64,000 bases of DNA from Dimorphilus gyrociliatus (Eukaryota; Animalia; Annelida), in NCBI GenBank assembly GCA_904063045.1, contig CAJFCJ010000003.1, positions 496,001-560,000 of the forward strand. Direction: 5' to 3'. Made by a program: the position numbers and the translations under genes. Positions 25,891 to 39,853 of this stretch are shown here, piece by piece (position 1 is the stretch's first letter; each line of letters starts with the position of its first letter). The notes below the pieces were generated by a model, which was not told the DNA's origin, ran no database searches, and saw only the letters and a list, made by a program, of their open reading frames with translations.

Positions 25891-27413
25891 ATGGATAACA
25901 AAGCTACCAGTTTGAACAGCACCCAATACAAAATCCAGGAGAGCTTTTACCGCAATTTTACTGATATGGGCAACTTTTACGACAATAGAACAAGTGGTGC
26001 AAACCTTGGTGACATCTTTAAACAACTCTTAAAGACTGTTACTTTTCGCAGATCCTTAACAACTTGGTAATAATTTTTCTTAAAACTTCATCCATTCATT
26101 CTTCTCTTTCTCTTTCTCTCTCTCTCTCTTTCACACACACACACACATACACACACACACACACACAAACAAACACACACACAAACACACATGTATATAC
26201 ACCTATGCACACATATACACACATATATATATATCTATACTGTATATATATATATATATACAACACTATATACATGTCTCATCCATTTCTATTTTATATG
26301 TATTTCTTAATTTAATAGGGAAGAGATTATTATAATCGTCTTTTATGTTATCGTCGCCGCTGTAGCGGCAATTGGCAATGTTCTAATAATGATCGCTTTC
26401 AAGAGGAACACAAGATTACGGAACGTAACCAATTCCTTCCTGCTATCTTTAGCGACGAGTGATCTTTTCATAGCCATATTTACGATGCCCTTTCAGGTAA
26501 GTTTAACATTGGCCTGTATATTAACTATACAAACAATTTGAAATCATTCTAGTTGTGCCAGAATTTATACATTGGATGGAGTTTGGGGAAAGCTAGTTGC
26601 CAGTTTGCCAAATATTCGCACGCTGTCTTTATGCTGGTTAGCTCCTTAACTCTAACAGCTATAGCCTTGGATAGATGTCTCCTCTTTCACAATCCGTGGA
26701 GGACCAGAAGTCTTCTTACAATGAGGAGGGCATACGTCGTTATTAGTTTACTCTGGCTAAGCGCCGGAGTGATGATGATTCCTCGCATAATATTTTCCGG
26801 ACTGCAGCCGAAGTATATTAATGGAGAAACTAAGCATATTTGTGTCTTTTTCGTTCCGCAACACATACCGAATTTTGCTGAAATTTGGATTACAGTAGAG
26901 ACGTCTAGTTTCTTTATAATTCCTTTCGTAATCATATGCGTGAGTTATACCCTTATCGGTATCAGATTAAGCAGGAGAGAAATTACCGGAGGTGACGAAA
27001 CTACACACAGAATTATCAAGCAGAACAAGAGGATAAACATTATGATTATTTGCGTTATGTTAGCATTTGGTCTTACTTGGACGCCGTATTATATGTTCAA
27101 ACTTTATCTTAATTGGACAGGCCACCATCTGGGAGATATGAATAAGACAAGAATGATTCTATCTCACTCCTTTGAGCTTCTCGGCTATAGTAACGCTGCA
27201 ATGAATCCGTTCATCTATTGTTTATTGAATCAAGTTTATCGGTCGGAAATGAAGAGTATCTTTTCATCTTGCCCTTTGAAAAAGTATTGGATGACAGTCA
27301 TTTCCTATTCCTCTCAAACCGAATCGAGGAGTGAACCGTCAACTAGAAACGTGAATAGCATGTCGTGCCTTCAAACGACAGCAGTCACGGAGGCTGACGA
27401 AACGAAAGTGTAA
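25891..27413 (+). CDS. Rhodopsin-class neuropeptide GPCR (RYamide/NPY/tachykinin-receptor-like group)
   Basis: Exons 25891-26066 (N-glycosylation sites NST, NFT, NRT), 26319-26496 (TM1 GN, TM2 LATSD) and 26553-27413 (TM3 DRC, TM6 LTWTPY, TM7 NPFIY). Confidence 0.92.
26103..26256. repeat. Compound (CT)n-(CA)n-(TA)n microsatellite in GPCR intron 1
   Basis: Read directly from the sequence. Confidence 0.9.
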
Positions 27414-28770
27414 AGGGGAGGAAGAGATGGATGAGGAAACAAAACAACAAAGAGTAAACAAACAAATAAAAATATGAACATTTTTTTCCTTCTTTTTATT
27501 TTTAATTTCTTTTATCACTTTTTAAATTATTTTGTTTAATTTTTAATTTTGCGGTGATTTATCTGTTTTTATTTCAATGTGCATAATAAGAATTACTCGA
27601 TTATAACGTATATTTAGACATATCTCTGATGAATCTCTCTCTCTCTCCTTGAGAAGATAAAAAGTTAGGATTAAGTGATTACAAAAATATTTCTTTTTTA
27701 CATATTAGATATACGATAAAAACTGTTTTTATCAATTGATCAAACTCTCTATTCGTTTAAATTTCTTATCTTACTCTCTCCCACTCTCTCTCTCTCTCTC
27801 TCTCTCGTACGTGCGCACACGCGCTGTCCTACTATCTAAAAAATACACTTCTCAATGATCATAAAAACTACTCTTCTTCTACTTAAAGAGTCGATTGTTA
27901 TCATCTTTTCTGTTCGACTTCTTTTCCAATTGTACTGACAAATATCGAGCAAAAAAAAGATTTAAAGTGTTATTGTCACGTTTTTTGTTTAGAAGATTTA
28001 TCTAATTTCTTAACTATATACCATTCATTTCCTTCTCTCTTCGGACTTTTAAACTCTGACCAATTTGAGTTCAAACAGACTCAAGATATATGTATACATT
28101 TACTCTAACAAAGTTAAATTGCACTCCAACCAATTCCCATTAATATTTGTTACCAAGATATGAAAGTACTTTAGTATCGTATCTCTTGGCTCGTGGCGCC
28201 AAACGTTTTCCAAACTTAATTCGATCTGTTTGTCAATTAATTACTTACTAAAAGGCCTATAATTATGGAAAAAACATACAAAATTCAGGCTTTTTCCAAC
28301 CTTGAAAAAACAAAAAAGGCTCCCGCTAAAAAAACAATTCATACTAGACATTTTGTTATTCTTTTACTTGTTTATAAACATTATTTTTACTATTTAATTA
28401 ATCAGCTTTTTACCTATAAGTACGTGTTTTTTCCTAATTCGACACACCCCTTCATAAACTACGAAAAATCTGCCATTATGTTACACTTGTAGACAAATAC
28501 AATAATTAGGTTTGTTTACGCATCGTTTCCAAAGATCTACGCACTATAAATATATTCAAACGAAATTAATGCTTATTACGTTATTTAGAGGTGCATATCG
28601 CTATAAAACATTTAGAAATGTTTCTAAAGATCGCTAGCTCCATCTACGTTAATTTAAAATAGGTGTATAAATAGCTACAACCTTAATTGAAGATAGCGAT
28701 TTGCCCATTAATATATATTAATTAACAAAGTAATTTTATTATTTTTCGTTTTTCGCTACATATCAACTTC

Positions 28771-30766
28771 TTAAGAGTTTAATAGTTTATCGACATATTC
28801 TTGAACGAATCTCTTCCTATCATTGTCATCTTTGAACTTGAATAGGCAACAGTTTTGATTAAAATTAACCATATTCTCTTCTGTCATATTTTCATCATCT
28901 TTTTCATGCTCTTCCTCTATTATCTTATCATCATCCGTCTCATCATCGTCATCTTCTTCCTCCTCGCCACCTCCTTCACACTTCTCATCAGCATTTTCGT
29001 CCTCATTCTCCTCTTCTTCCACCCCCTTGTCTGTCTCCATAATATTTCTCTTATTATAATTACATTTTTCCTTCTCGACATAGTCATTATCTTCGTCATT
29101 ATTGTCATTGTCACCAATGTCGTGAAAATCATAGACTATTTTTTGCTTACTTCGCATATATTTCTTAAATATAGAGAAATCGGTATTATCAAGTTTAACT
29201 ATAGGTTTAATTATTGTAGGTTTCACTAGTTTCACAAATGCTTCTAGTTCTTCCAGAGAACTATGGTCAGAATAGGGAATGATAGCACAATGCTCACGCA
29301 CTTTGGGCTCGGCTTGACCGGAAGGTAATAGAGTAAAATGCTCAGTCTCATCACAGGCTTTATTCTAAATAGACGAGAGGGAAAGAAAATAGAAATTATA
29401 GGAACGCTTTCTTTTATATTATAGTTGGTTATTTATATATATAAAAGATAAAATTTCGTTCGTTATTACTTTAAGTTTGTAAGGTAAAGCTATTATTTTA
29501 CCACCATCTCTATCTGTTGTAAACATGGAAATATCAACATCCTCCAGCTGCTGTATAATATTCATATGAGAATGATCAACAACAACTTTAGTATTATTTG
29601 CAGCAGCAACAGTTATTAGAATGTTTTCTTTTCCTATTTTAGGTGTGATTATTCTAATTTTATTCTTTACTAGGCAAAGTTCAATAATCTTCTCTAAAGC
29701 ATCGATTCTGGACGGAAATGTTCGATATTTTTCTGAACAATAAGTATTATCTAGGTATAACACATCAACTTCTTTCGGCAAGCACGAAATACTTTTAAAA
29801 CACCTCTCAAAACGAAAGTCTCCGGTATAAAGAATAGAACCAAAGTCACCTTGAAAAAAAAAAAGAATAAAGCGTATTAAAAAAATGTTCTTTTTTTTGT
29901 TCTTTATAGAATTTATACATTTCTATAAATAAAAAATAACTTTACCTAAACTTTTATTTTCTATTTAACACTAAAAATTAATTAAATCAATTATGTTTTT
30001 TGTTACTCTTTCCATTTTTTAATATAATAAAAATAGAATATAATCCACGCTTAATTGACGCTAAAATGAATGTAATAAAAAAACAGCTCTTTATTAAAAA
30101 TAATAAATAAGAGGACGATGGTAAGATGGACAGGAAGTAATTTAATTTCGATTATTTAATGAAAAGTTCTTGTTTCACAGCAGTAATTACTCATTAAATT
30201 TCATTTAAATATAAATATACATTATATATATATATGTATATACGTGTTGTTTTTTTTGATTCTTTATATAAATAGAATATTAAAATCTACTAAATAGTGT
30301 TTCTATATATGTACTGTATATGTACTGTACGCACATATCTGCTTTCTTACTTTTGTCACTTAAGCTATTGATTATTTATGAAACCATTATCTTATTTTCT
30401 ATATTACGAGTATTCTGAAAGGGAATAATTATGAATACCTTCAAAAAGAAACATTACAGCTCCTGGGCAATGTTCGGCATCAATTAGTCTAACGTTTACA
30501 ACCTTTCCTGTAGATGTCTCTAGCTTATGTTTTACGTTGACACTTAATATTCTTATATATTTTTCATTCACCCCCAAAACGTTTTTTGCAATTGCTGCGC
30601 TGATTTCTGATGCATAGAAAACTTGATTCCACTTTTTATTGAGGCCTTTTGTATGATCTGAGTGACAATGGCTTAAAAATAATAATCGACCTTGTAAGCA
30701 GTTATTTTTATTCGTCCAAAAATCAACCGCTACAGGAGCTTCTGTTAAGAGATGACCATTCGACAT
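28771..30766 (-). CDS. DCLRE1B: 5' exonuclease Apollo / SNM1B (MBL-beta-CASP)
   Basis: PVAVDFW, FLSHCHSDHTKGL, DAEHCPGAVMFLFEG, ILYTGDFR, LYLDNTY, IPYSDHSS; acidic C-terminal tail. Confidence 0.92.
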
Positions 30767-31185
30767 CGTAGATTTTATTCCAAACAAGTTTTTACTGCAT
30801 TCAAATATGAAAAACTTATACCCGTTTATGTAAAGACGGGTTAGTCATCGAATCTATTAAAGCTTCGCACTAAATACCCCATTTGGCGCGTTTAAATGAA
30901 ACAAAAAAAGCCAAAAACTCCTTTAAAAGTAACAAAACTCGGCTAAAAACAAAAGATTTACGGTCATAATTTTTAAGTTTTTATTCGTTTCTAAAAAAGA
31001 AAAAACAACAGCTAGTCTTCAATGCTCGGCTAATACTTAATCTTTTTATCTTTAGTTAGAAAGTAAGGGAATATGGAAAGGGAAGCGTTGAAAGGTAAAA
31101 GGAGTGAAGGAGAGTGTGAAAGAAAATCCAATATTCGTGAAATTTTCAATAAGTCCATTCTCTCAATTTTAATAATAGACTTAAC

Positions 31186-33270
31186 TTAGTCAAATGGCCT
31201 TAGGAATACATTATACTTTTCAACAGAATGCTCAGTTTGCTCAACAGCAGTGGCAAAATGACTTTCATTAATTCCCTCAATTAACTGATCTGTTAAAAGA
31301 ACACAATAATCCTCTTTCGTAACCAAGAAAGCGTCACTCATTTTATCACAATCTAACCCGTAGAGGGGACTTATATTCTTCATGAGAGAAGATAATGAAA
31401 AATCATAGAGCAATATTCCATGAAAGACTTTTTTTTCAAGCATTTCTATCCATTTTTTCTTGTGCTTATCATAATAGCTTTCGTCCTCGTCGCTGGAGAC
31501 TTCCTTCATTGTTCTTTTGCAGTGTGTAGGTTTAGGTGAACTTGATAGAATTTCTTCCCTACTCCTAAGATAATAGAAAATAATAGAGGGAAATTTTACA
31601 AAACATTTAAAATAGTAGTTCTTGATTTTTTTGAATGTTTCTTGATTTTTTTAATATATACAAAGATGGCGTAAAAAAAAGAACCTATTTAAATTAGAGA
31701 ATAGATATCAATTATAATTTATAAAGCTTTGTAAAACAACCCTCTAGTTGCGATTTCGAAAAAATTAAACTTTTTCCTTCTTCTAGATGCCATTGAAGGT
31801 GATTCTTGGCAGAGATATAGGCTTAATTTAGCTTTAACTTTCTTGGAATGAAGAGCATTTTCAAGTCGAATTCCATCAATTAAACCGCATATTTGAATAA
31901 AATCCTCTCTGCTTAGACGCAGAATATCGATACCAGAAAAGTCACGAAATGTGTTGATGAATTGTTCAAACCGATTTTCTTTTAGCCATTGACAAACTTG
32001 GTTTGTTGTTGACGACTCATGCAATTTCGTCAGTTGATTAATTTTACGATTTTGTTTAATTAACCTATATTCCTAACAAAATTGTTGAATGGGTATATTA
32101 ATTATTGTTTGTTTTGAATACTATAAATAAAAAAATTAATTAAAAAAGGGGGAGAAAATAGGGTTAGGAGAGAAAAGAAAATAGATGGAGGAGAGGAGGC
32201 GGAGGAGGAAGAGCAGGAAGAGGAGAAAATTTACTCTATTTCGTTTCCCTTTTAATTAAATCTTAATTTCGAATAAATTAAATTAATGTAAATTAAAGAT
32301 AGATAAATTTTTATACCATATCGTTTGAATAATTAAGCTCTTTTGTCGATTTTAATTCCAAATCCATAAGGATTGTTGTAGACGTTTCAGGTCTAAAAGC
32401 AATTCTTTCATTTCTGAACTTTTTCTCTATCTTTTCTCTATCTGTTCTTTGTTTTCGATCAGCTCCCTTTGACTTGAACGTCTTTACTTGACAACAAGCT
32501 GCGTGTATGATTCGACCATCTTGATAAGTTTCCACTTGAATTCGAAATGGTACTCCTAAAATATTAAACAAAAATGCTAATCGTTTAATAGAGCATTATT
32601 CATTCTTAACCTTTTTCTCCACCCTGCTTTCTCGGACTAAACTCCGAACTGGTACACTGGATAATAAAGAAGATAGATGCTTCGACATCTTTCCATAAGA
32701 ATTTTATTGAATTGACGCTTGGAAACGTAACATCAAAGAAACCAAATGAAAGAGATGTCTCCAGATCCAATAGTCTTTCACCGGGATGATGATTTTGCCA
32801 CGATTCTATTAATTCCTTTTCGTGATGCTGAAATCTCTTATCATGAAAAGTTAAAATGATTTGACTTTCTAAAATCTTCAAGTCTTCTCCGCTTCTTTGT
32901 AATCTTAATTCGTAGGGTTGCGATTGGTTAAGATACGTCAATGTCTCATCTTCCAATTTCGTAGCCGCCGAAATGGGAGCGCACAGCTCATAAGTAAACA
33001 AACTATTACCGTTTGGAAGAGTCAAAAGGGCTTGGCTGAACAATGGCGAAAGAAAGGCTTTAGATAAATATAGTATGTATGATACATGTAACAAGTTGCA
33101 ACTGAATCTAAATCAATTAAAGCAACAAAATTGTCCTAATTTCCGAGATGTTTTAGGTCGAACCTCATATCGAATATTGTCGAATTGACGTCCAATCCAA
33201 GGCCCGACAATGAATCATCAAAATCATCGATCAAAATCTCATTTATCTCCTGATTTTTAGGTTCTGCCAT
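31186..33270 (-). CDS. TFCP2: CP2/LSF family transcription factor (TFCP2/UBP1-like)
   Basis: N-terminal DDFDDSLSGLG, ETLTYLNQ, SSEFSPRKQGGEKGVPFRIQ, CQVKTFKSKGADRKQRTDREK, SAM domain WLKENRF...FSGIDILRLSREDFIQICG. Confidence 0.93.
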
Positions 33271-33343
33271 TTTCTCAAGAGAAAGTTTAAATATGGTTCG
33301 TGTTGATTTCGAATTGTTATCTTCGCTTATCTTATAAACTGAT

Positions 33344-33357
33344 GCAATAGGGGGCGC
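33344..33357 (+). promoter_or_regulatory. CTCF-like motif upstream of TFCP2
   Basis: GCAATAGGGGGCGC versus consensus CCACTAGGGGGCGC. Confidence 0.4.
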
Positions 33358-34466
33358 TTTACTAGCTTGTCAAAAATATAAACATTACGATACTGAGAAA
33401 AAGGTCAAAATTAAGCCTATCGATCCAACGAATTAATTAGTATAATTTTTTTTGTAGAAGTCTTTATTATAAAAGGTTTTACGTTTAATAACTTGCTTTC
33501 AATATCTTTTTCTCCTTAAACTTTAATCCTCCTTCAAGATAGGCCTATAGGAGAAAGAGTAAGTAATTATTGATAAATTTTTTCGTCTAGCTAAGCTAAC
33601 TATGCAGGTAGTTAGTCAGGTAAGGAGAGGATTTTGGTAGAAATGAAAAGAAGGGTATAAAAGATATACGAATGTAAATAAATAAGGTAAAATGAGTAGC
33701 GGATCTAGTTTGGGTTTTAACAAGCGCAATTTTTTTGTATACAAGTATTTTTCTCAATTGTCATAATTTCTAATTTATTATATTCAAATTAAAAAAATTA
33801 GGTCAAAAAATAAATAAAAACAATCAATAAAGTACAATTTTTTGTTTGGTCAGTTGCAAGTCTGATCACATTTAAATATATTTTTAAAGTTATATCAATT
33901 CATGATTAGTTTCGTATTAAAGCAGTTAAAAACGAAAGAGGATCTTTTGTAAGACTTAAAATATGACTATCTAAAACATGTAAATAACAAGATAAACCAA
34001 GTACACCGACACTTGATAAAAATTAGGGAGAAGATAATAGTTGGAGTAGTAGGCGAGGGAACGGACTTATCAGGAAAGAGTAATCAAATGTAGAATTCCA
34101 TTCACACCTCTCTTAGTAAAAAGAAACGGCTTAAAAATAACTAAAAAGACAGAAAGACAAAGAAATAAGCAAATTGACAAAATAGAAATAGCATAAGTTC
34201 CTAAAATTATATATATATATATATATAACTGTAATGAATTAAATAGAGAGATCATCATTATAATGGTTTTATCAATAATAAAAGTCTTATATAAGCAATA
34301 ATTCTTCAAAATGAATTGAGAACAATAAAGGTGAAACAAGAATAAAATCAAACAATATGGCAAAATCAATCAGTTTTAAATGGAATATGCTTTTAAAAGA
34401 AAGCCTCATAAGATTTATCCCTTCTTTTCACAAAAGGGAAGATTTTCTTATAGATAACGAATGAAT

Positions 34467-34510
<44 letters not shown>
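34467..34510. repeat. (GA)n microsatellite
   Basis: Near-perfect GA run with one C interruption. Confidence 0.95.
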
Positions 34511-34789
34511 TAATGAATACAATAAACATAATTTCAAGCATTTGTTTTTTTTTGGAATCTAATTTGCCTTGTTTTTTACTTTTCTTTTAAATGAAAATAA
34601 TTTGAGCAGCTAATTTTTTGAGATACAATAATGCTTTTTTTCTCCTTCTTCTTCTTTTTGTTAAATGAATTGATTTAACTAACTTAAAAGGTTAATATTT
34701 AGGATTTTTTAATGTTTTCTCTGTTTTTTTTTCTTTTTTTTTTAGGCACTTGTATCGTAACACAGTAAGAGTTTGACTTCTCTCCTTCT

Positions 34790-37700
34790 CTATTTGAGAT
34801 AGATGTCATCATCGTTGTCGTTGTCATCGTCGTCTTCTACCTCGAGTAGAAAATCATCGTCGTAATCTTCTTCGGATATCAGGTCGCTGTCCTCCCTGTC
34901 ATCTAGGTCACCGAGACTATAAAGTTGGTAAAAGAGAATTATATTACGTAGAGGTGTTAAACTAATATTGATTATGAATATAGGCACAAACCCATTAGGA
35001 GGAGCGTTGTTCTCTTCTTCCGGATCCAGTGGAGAGCTAGCAAATTTCTCTTTGTCTTGTAACTTCAACAGACATTCAGCAAATATCCTTCCCATAAAGG
35101 CCAAATGACTGGTATTAACTTGTTTATTCTTCATCGAACCTATATTTAAGGATCTATATTTATATACTGGTAGACTTACAGTAGATTTAGTAATCTATTA
35201 TTAATAATAATCTTTCACCTTGATCAAATCCACAATAAGTCGATTCCATTGTATATGATCTAACAATGCCAAACTGTCTCCACACGGCTACTCTTGCGCT
35301 TCCTTCCTTTGGTCTTTCAACGGTAAAAGCGCAATTTGATAATGAAAATGCAGGGGAATAATAGTCTAATAGATTAGGCAAGGTTTTCCAGCCTTGATCT
35401 TTTAAAGCTGGATTAAATACGTCTGGGCTAATCCAGCTTTCTTTCGGATTGCAACCGAATAGGAAGACATTTTTCCTTCTAGAATGGCCGTGAAGATCGC
35501 AAAAGACAAGAGGTTTCTTATTTACAGCTACCAGATAATGTATTAGGGATTTTGTCGCTTTAATTGTTGGTTGAAGATTTGTAGGATTAATCCAATGTCT
35601 ATTTAGGTCTTCACCTCCTAAACCACATCTATAGTTACCGTTTATAACACCATCCGGATTCAGCATCGGAACAATCTTAAAAATGAAGCTCTCACGTACA
35701 AGTTGAGCTACATCGGATAGCAAATAATCTATTAGGCCATGCATGACCCAACTAGCGTTACTCTCTCCAGGATGTACTCTACCCGATAGAAATATGTATG
35801 GACGGGAAAGAAATTCTTCAAGACCAAGGCTATCTTTTGTTCTAGGCGGGGCAGTTATGGTAACAACTGGGCAGTCATTTCCACCAAGAGTTTCGCAAAG
35901 TTTATTAATTCTAAAGTAAATATTATCATTCTTGCAAGATCTCTCTCTCCAATACTCTAAATTAGTGCGAAGGTAGGTATAAGTGTAAGGGTAGTGGTAA
36001 GCTAAATAGCAGACATCGTTCTCGAATGGAAATTCTATTTGAAAAGATGCCGTAAAATAGTTTCTCGAATCCGAACCAACTTGATATTCGTAATGATTCT
36101 GGAAGAAAATGAATACAAACCGTGAAAAAGACTAATCTAAAAGCTGAAATTACTATATATTTACCTTATAATAGAAAATATTTGTACCGCATCTCTTCCA
36201 CATAGGTTTCCCATCCTTTAAACTCTCCTTTACGGAGAAAAGAACTGGTTGCATACCAAAGTTAAATTGACTATTTAACTTTTCGAAATTAACTAAATTA
36301 AATGTATAAGTTGTTTTAGCTGACATGTTTCTAACTTCAAAATAGAACCATTGATGATGAGAATTGGTATTTACATCAGAATTTAGGAACAAATCATATT
36401 CATAGTCTCTAATTTTAATAACTTTCTTTAAATTACCACTTTCGAATCTTGAATTAAATTCTAATTCGTTTGAACCAAAACCATGATTACGTTCGGATAG
36501 AATTCGTTGAATATCATTATTACCCAATTCACTAGCAGAAGATGAAGACAGTGTTGTTGTTGTCTATTTAGAAAAGAGAAAAAGTTGAGTACTATATTGT
36601 TAATCTTTATTTTAATTTGATAATTTCTTTTTAATTAAATAAGGATATAAATATAAAATAATTTGGTTTTTAATTAATTCATTTCCCTCGTTAAACTTAT
36701 TTAAAATTACTTACTAATTCTTCTACATTATAAATCAATTTATTCATCAATTCTTCGTCAAAAACCCTTTTAACATCCGATAAAATACGTCGTTTAAAGG
36801 CACTTTCTTTTCTATTTAATAGATTTTCATCGTTTGAACGTAAATGACCATACATATCGGGATAAGCCAGTTTATTAAATTCGTCAACTGATTTTGCATA
36901 TTTAGATATTCTAGAGTAATCTTCAGGATCAACGCGAAAATCATATTTGGCTGTTGAAAATGCGGATGTAGATACTTCGAAATCATCATCCGATGTACTA
37001 GTATTTGGACCAGGACTGAAATTAAAACGTAAACTTTAGTTCTTTCTTACTCCTAATACTTGACAATATTTATATATATAGTATATATAAATATAAGTTA
37101 ATATACGGATACATATACATATATAGACATGTGTATATATATGTATTTCTGACTAATTTTTCTCTCTCAATCTTTCGCCCTTCATCAGCTTCTTTCCCCC
37201 ACCCCAACCCCCCTTCCTTCCTCTCTCTCTCTCTCTCTCTTTGTCTGTTTTAAATATTTACTCTAATATTTCATTCAGTGAGTAATAAAGAATGGTATCT
37301 ACGCTATGTTATATATTAGTTATGAAATGCATTCTCATGTCTATTTCATTCAATGCTAATATTCAATATCTAAATAACTGATTTAATCTGATATAAATAA
37401 AGAAAATATTGGAAAAAATAATGCAAAATAATTATTATGTCACTATCCCACATCAAAATACTGGAATATCCTTTACCATTCTCTTTAAATACGTTGGTAA
37501 TTGAACATTATTTATATATAAATATGTTCTCAAAAATCATCATAGGGCATCGTCTCATTCTTAGTATAGTGAGTTTGGTTTTTTTTATTGTTTGTTTTTG
37601 TTTGTTTGATTTTTTTAGAGGTAGAAAATTCATTCGAACTCTGAAAAGAACATTAGAAAATCGAAGAAAAAAACAAAAATATGAGATAAGATGAACAGGT

Positions 37701-39596
37701 TGGTTGGTTGTTTGATAGTTTTTTATTTTTGACCTACATCTAATCTTTAAGATATAAGGAACCCCAAAAAAAAAAACAAAACTGTGTTAACTATTGTTGA
37801 CACAATTGACAAAAAAAGAAACTTAATTAATTCATAAAACTGTTACTATTTCGATACTCTTTTCAATTAAAAAAATGAAGTAATATGTAAATGTATAGTA
37901 TCTAGGTTAAATAATACGAGAAATTCGAATAAGTTCAATACTACGATAAAATATAAAAAAAAGAATAATAGTATAGATTAAAGAGTTTTAGATAGATATA
38001 GTTGTCCTTGTTGTTTAAATTATTATACAGTATATATATATATATATATATATTAATATTAATGTGTACTAACCCAGATATATCGGCAAAACATTCAAAA
38101 TCAGTAAGTTCAGGGAAGAATACACTATAATTTTTAACATCATTCCAATTAAGAGATATATTATATAAAGGTGTTTCGACTTCAGGATCATCTTCGTCAT
38201 TATTCTCGGGAAGGTTATAACGTTGTACCGGATAAGAGCAAACTTTAATTCTAGGTATTAATCGGCGAAGAATTAAAGATAAAAGCATCCCGTTTGAATC
38301 GGAAGTTTCGTAAATGTCCGAGAGGATTTCTAATGGGAGGGGGTTATATACGTTATATAATTTTGTGTTAATAATAATTTATGTATGTTTTTATATAGAT
38401 TAATAAATAAATAAAGTTTTAAATATTAAAATATTTCTAACCCAAAGCTCCACAACTATTTAAAATACATCGGGCTTGTTTTAGCATAGCAACACGTTTA
38501 AATATTCTCAATAGACCTTTTCGAATAGCATTAAATCTTGGTTTAGTATTTTCGTACTTTTGCCAAAAAACAAACAAGTTTAACAGAGTGGGTAGGGCGT
38601 CACCGCCAACTAATCTAGCAGCATTATTCTTATTCTTAACCAAGACTGATATAGTTTCTAAAGTGAACTTGAGAAGCATAGTATACTTTTGTCCGCAGCC
38701 ATTTACAATTTTCATTAACGTAACTAGGATATTCTCTTTTCCCATATAAGACGAATTTAGTGCGCTGGCCGAACAAAGTTTTAGAACATGAACAATTGGT
38801 ATAATACTTCTATAGTACGTTGAACGTTCCCGTACCAAATTAATTAAAACCTGTAGAATAGATAATTAAATACTCAACAATACTCGTAAACTTTTTATTC
38901 TGTTGTTTAACGTGTAACAACACGAAAAACGAAGCGGAAAAAGTCAATAGATCCTTCAATATATAGTATAATTAATTGACTATTGTAAACTTTTAAAACA
39001 AAAAAACCACTCTAAAGGGTTTTTTATATATGTCTGTATGTTTATAAATACCCATAAATAAAAAATAGAGTTTTTTTAGTCAATAAATTAATTAACTAAG
39101 TGAAGAAAATAAATTGTTTGTAATTTAGAGAAAATTGAAATTTTACCTGTAAAGCGCCAGTTAATCGTGCCTTAGTGGCAACTTTCTTATCTCTCACTGC
39201 TAGCTTTGTTATTATTGTAAAACAATTTAAAAGTATTTCTAAGAATCCGCTACGGTTTTCAAATCTCACAACATATGTAAAAACTGTTTGGGTAACTCCT
39301 TGTTGAACTAAGGCAACTAGCCTTGAAGAGCCGGATGATGAAATTAAATCTCCTAAAATGTCCACAGTTAACTTTGTTATTTTTTCATCCTCGCTCAACT
39401 TTGGTGTTCTCAGTAGAATGTTTAACGAGTTATTACAATTTTTTGCCAGAAAATCCCTATTAGCCTTATCTTGCGATCGAATATATTGAAGAGTTTTCGT
39501 TAAACAGTTTCTAACTTGAATAGTTTCATCTTCGTTCCATTGATCATTGGAATTTTGTAACTTGTCAAGATTTTGAATAACGGCGGCCAATCTCAT
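34790..39596 (-). CDS. AGTPBP1: Cytosolic carboxypeptidase 1 (tubulin deglutamylase, Nna1)
   Basis: N-terminal ARM-like exons; [23 protein letters not shown]; Zn motif RVHPGES; [12 protein letters not shown]; DLHGHSR; YTMEST; acidic tail. The start codon could lie slightly upstream. Confidence 0.92.
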
Positions 39597-39853
39597 ATTT
39601 ACTTCGAGCCGTTCTGCTGTATTATAGCTTCTGCATGATGCTTAACAGTGAAAAGAATTTATAAATAGAGATGACCTTGACCTCTATCTTGAAATAACCA
39701 GTTTATTTTGAGAACCAAAATAGACTGGTCATGAATTTTTGGATTCCAATGCCAACGAAAAATTACCAGTATTTAGTGCACGCGCATTTGGCATACTAAA
39801 GTTTATGATTTTTACGGTTGTTTTGCTGCCTGCAGTTATTTATACAGTCAATA
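39597..39853. promoter_or_regulatory. Bidirectional promoter AGTPBP1/PPP1R35
   Basis: About 257 bp between the divergent starts; contains TGACCTTGACCT (ERR element / DR0) at 39672-39683. Confidence 0.55.

Noticed and set aside
34070-34369. Hydrophobic ORFs in AT-rich UTR or intron sequence (34070-34369; also 37437-37694, 54729-55359, 60737-61048)
   Set aside because: F/L/I/K-biased products expected from AT-rich DNA; no motifs or splice support.
23410-37240. Short tandem repeats (AAT, CT, CA, GA, TA) as arrays or mobile elements
   Set aside because: Simple microsatellites with no spacers, terminal repeats or transposase/RT ORFs; the context is eukaryotic.
18021-39847. Unpaired AG acceptors just before some ATGs (METAP1 18028, PPP1R35 39847) as SL trans-splice sites
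   Set aside because: Inconsistent across genes and indistinguishable from chance or cis 5' UTR introns without 5' cDNA data.
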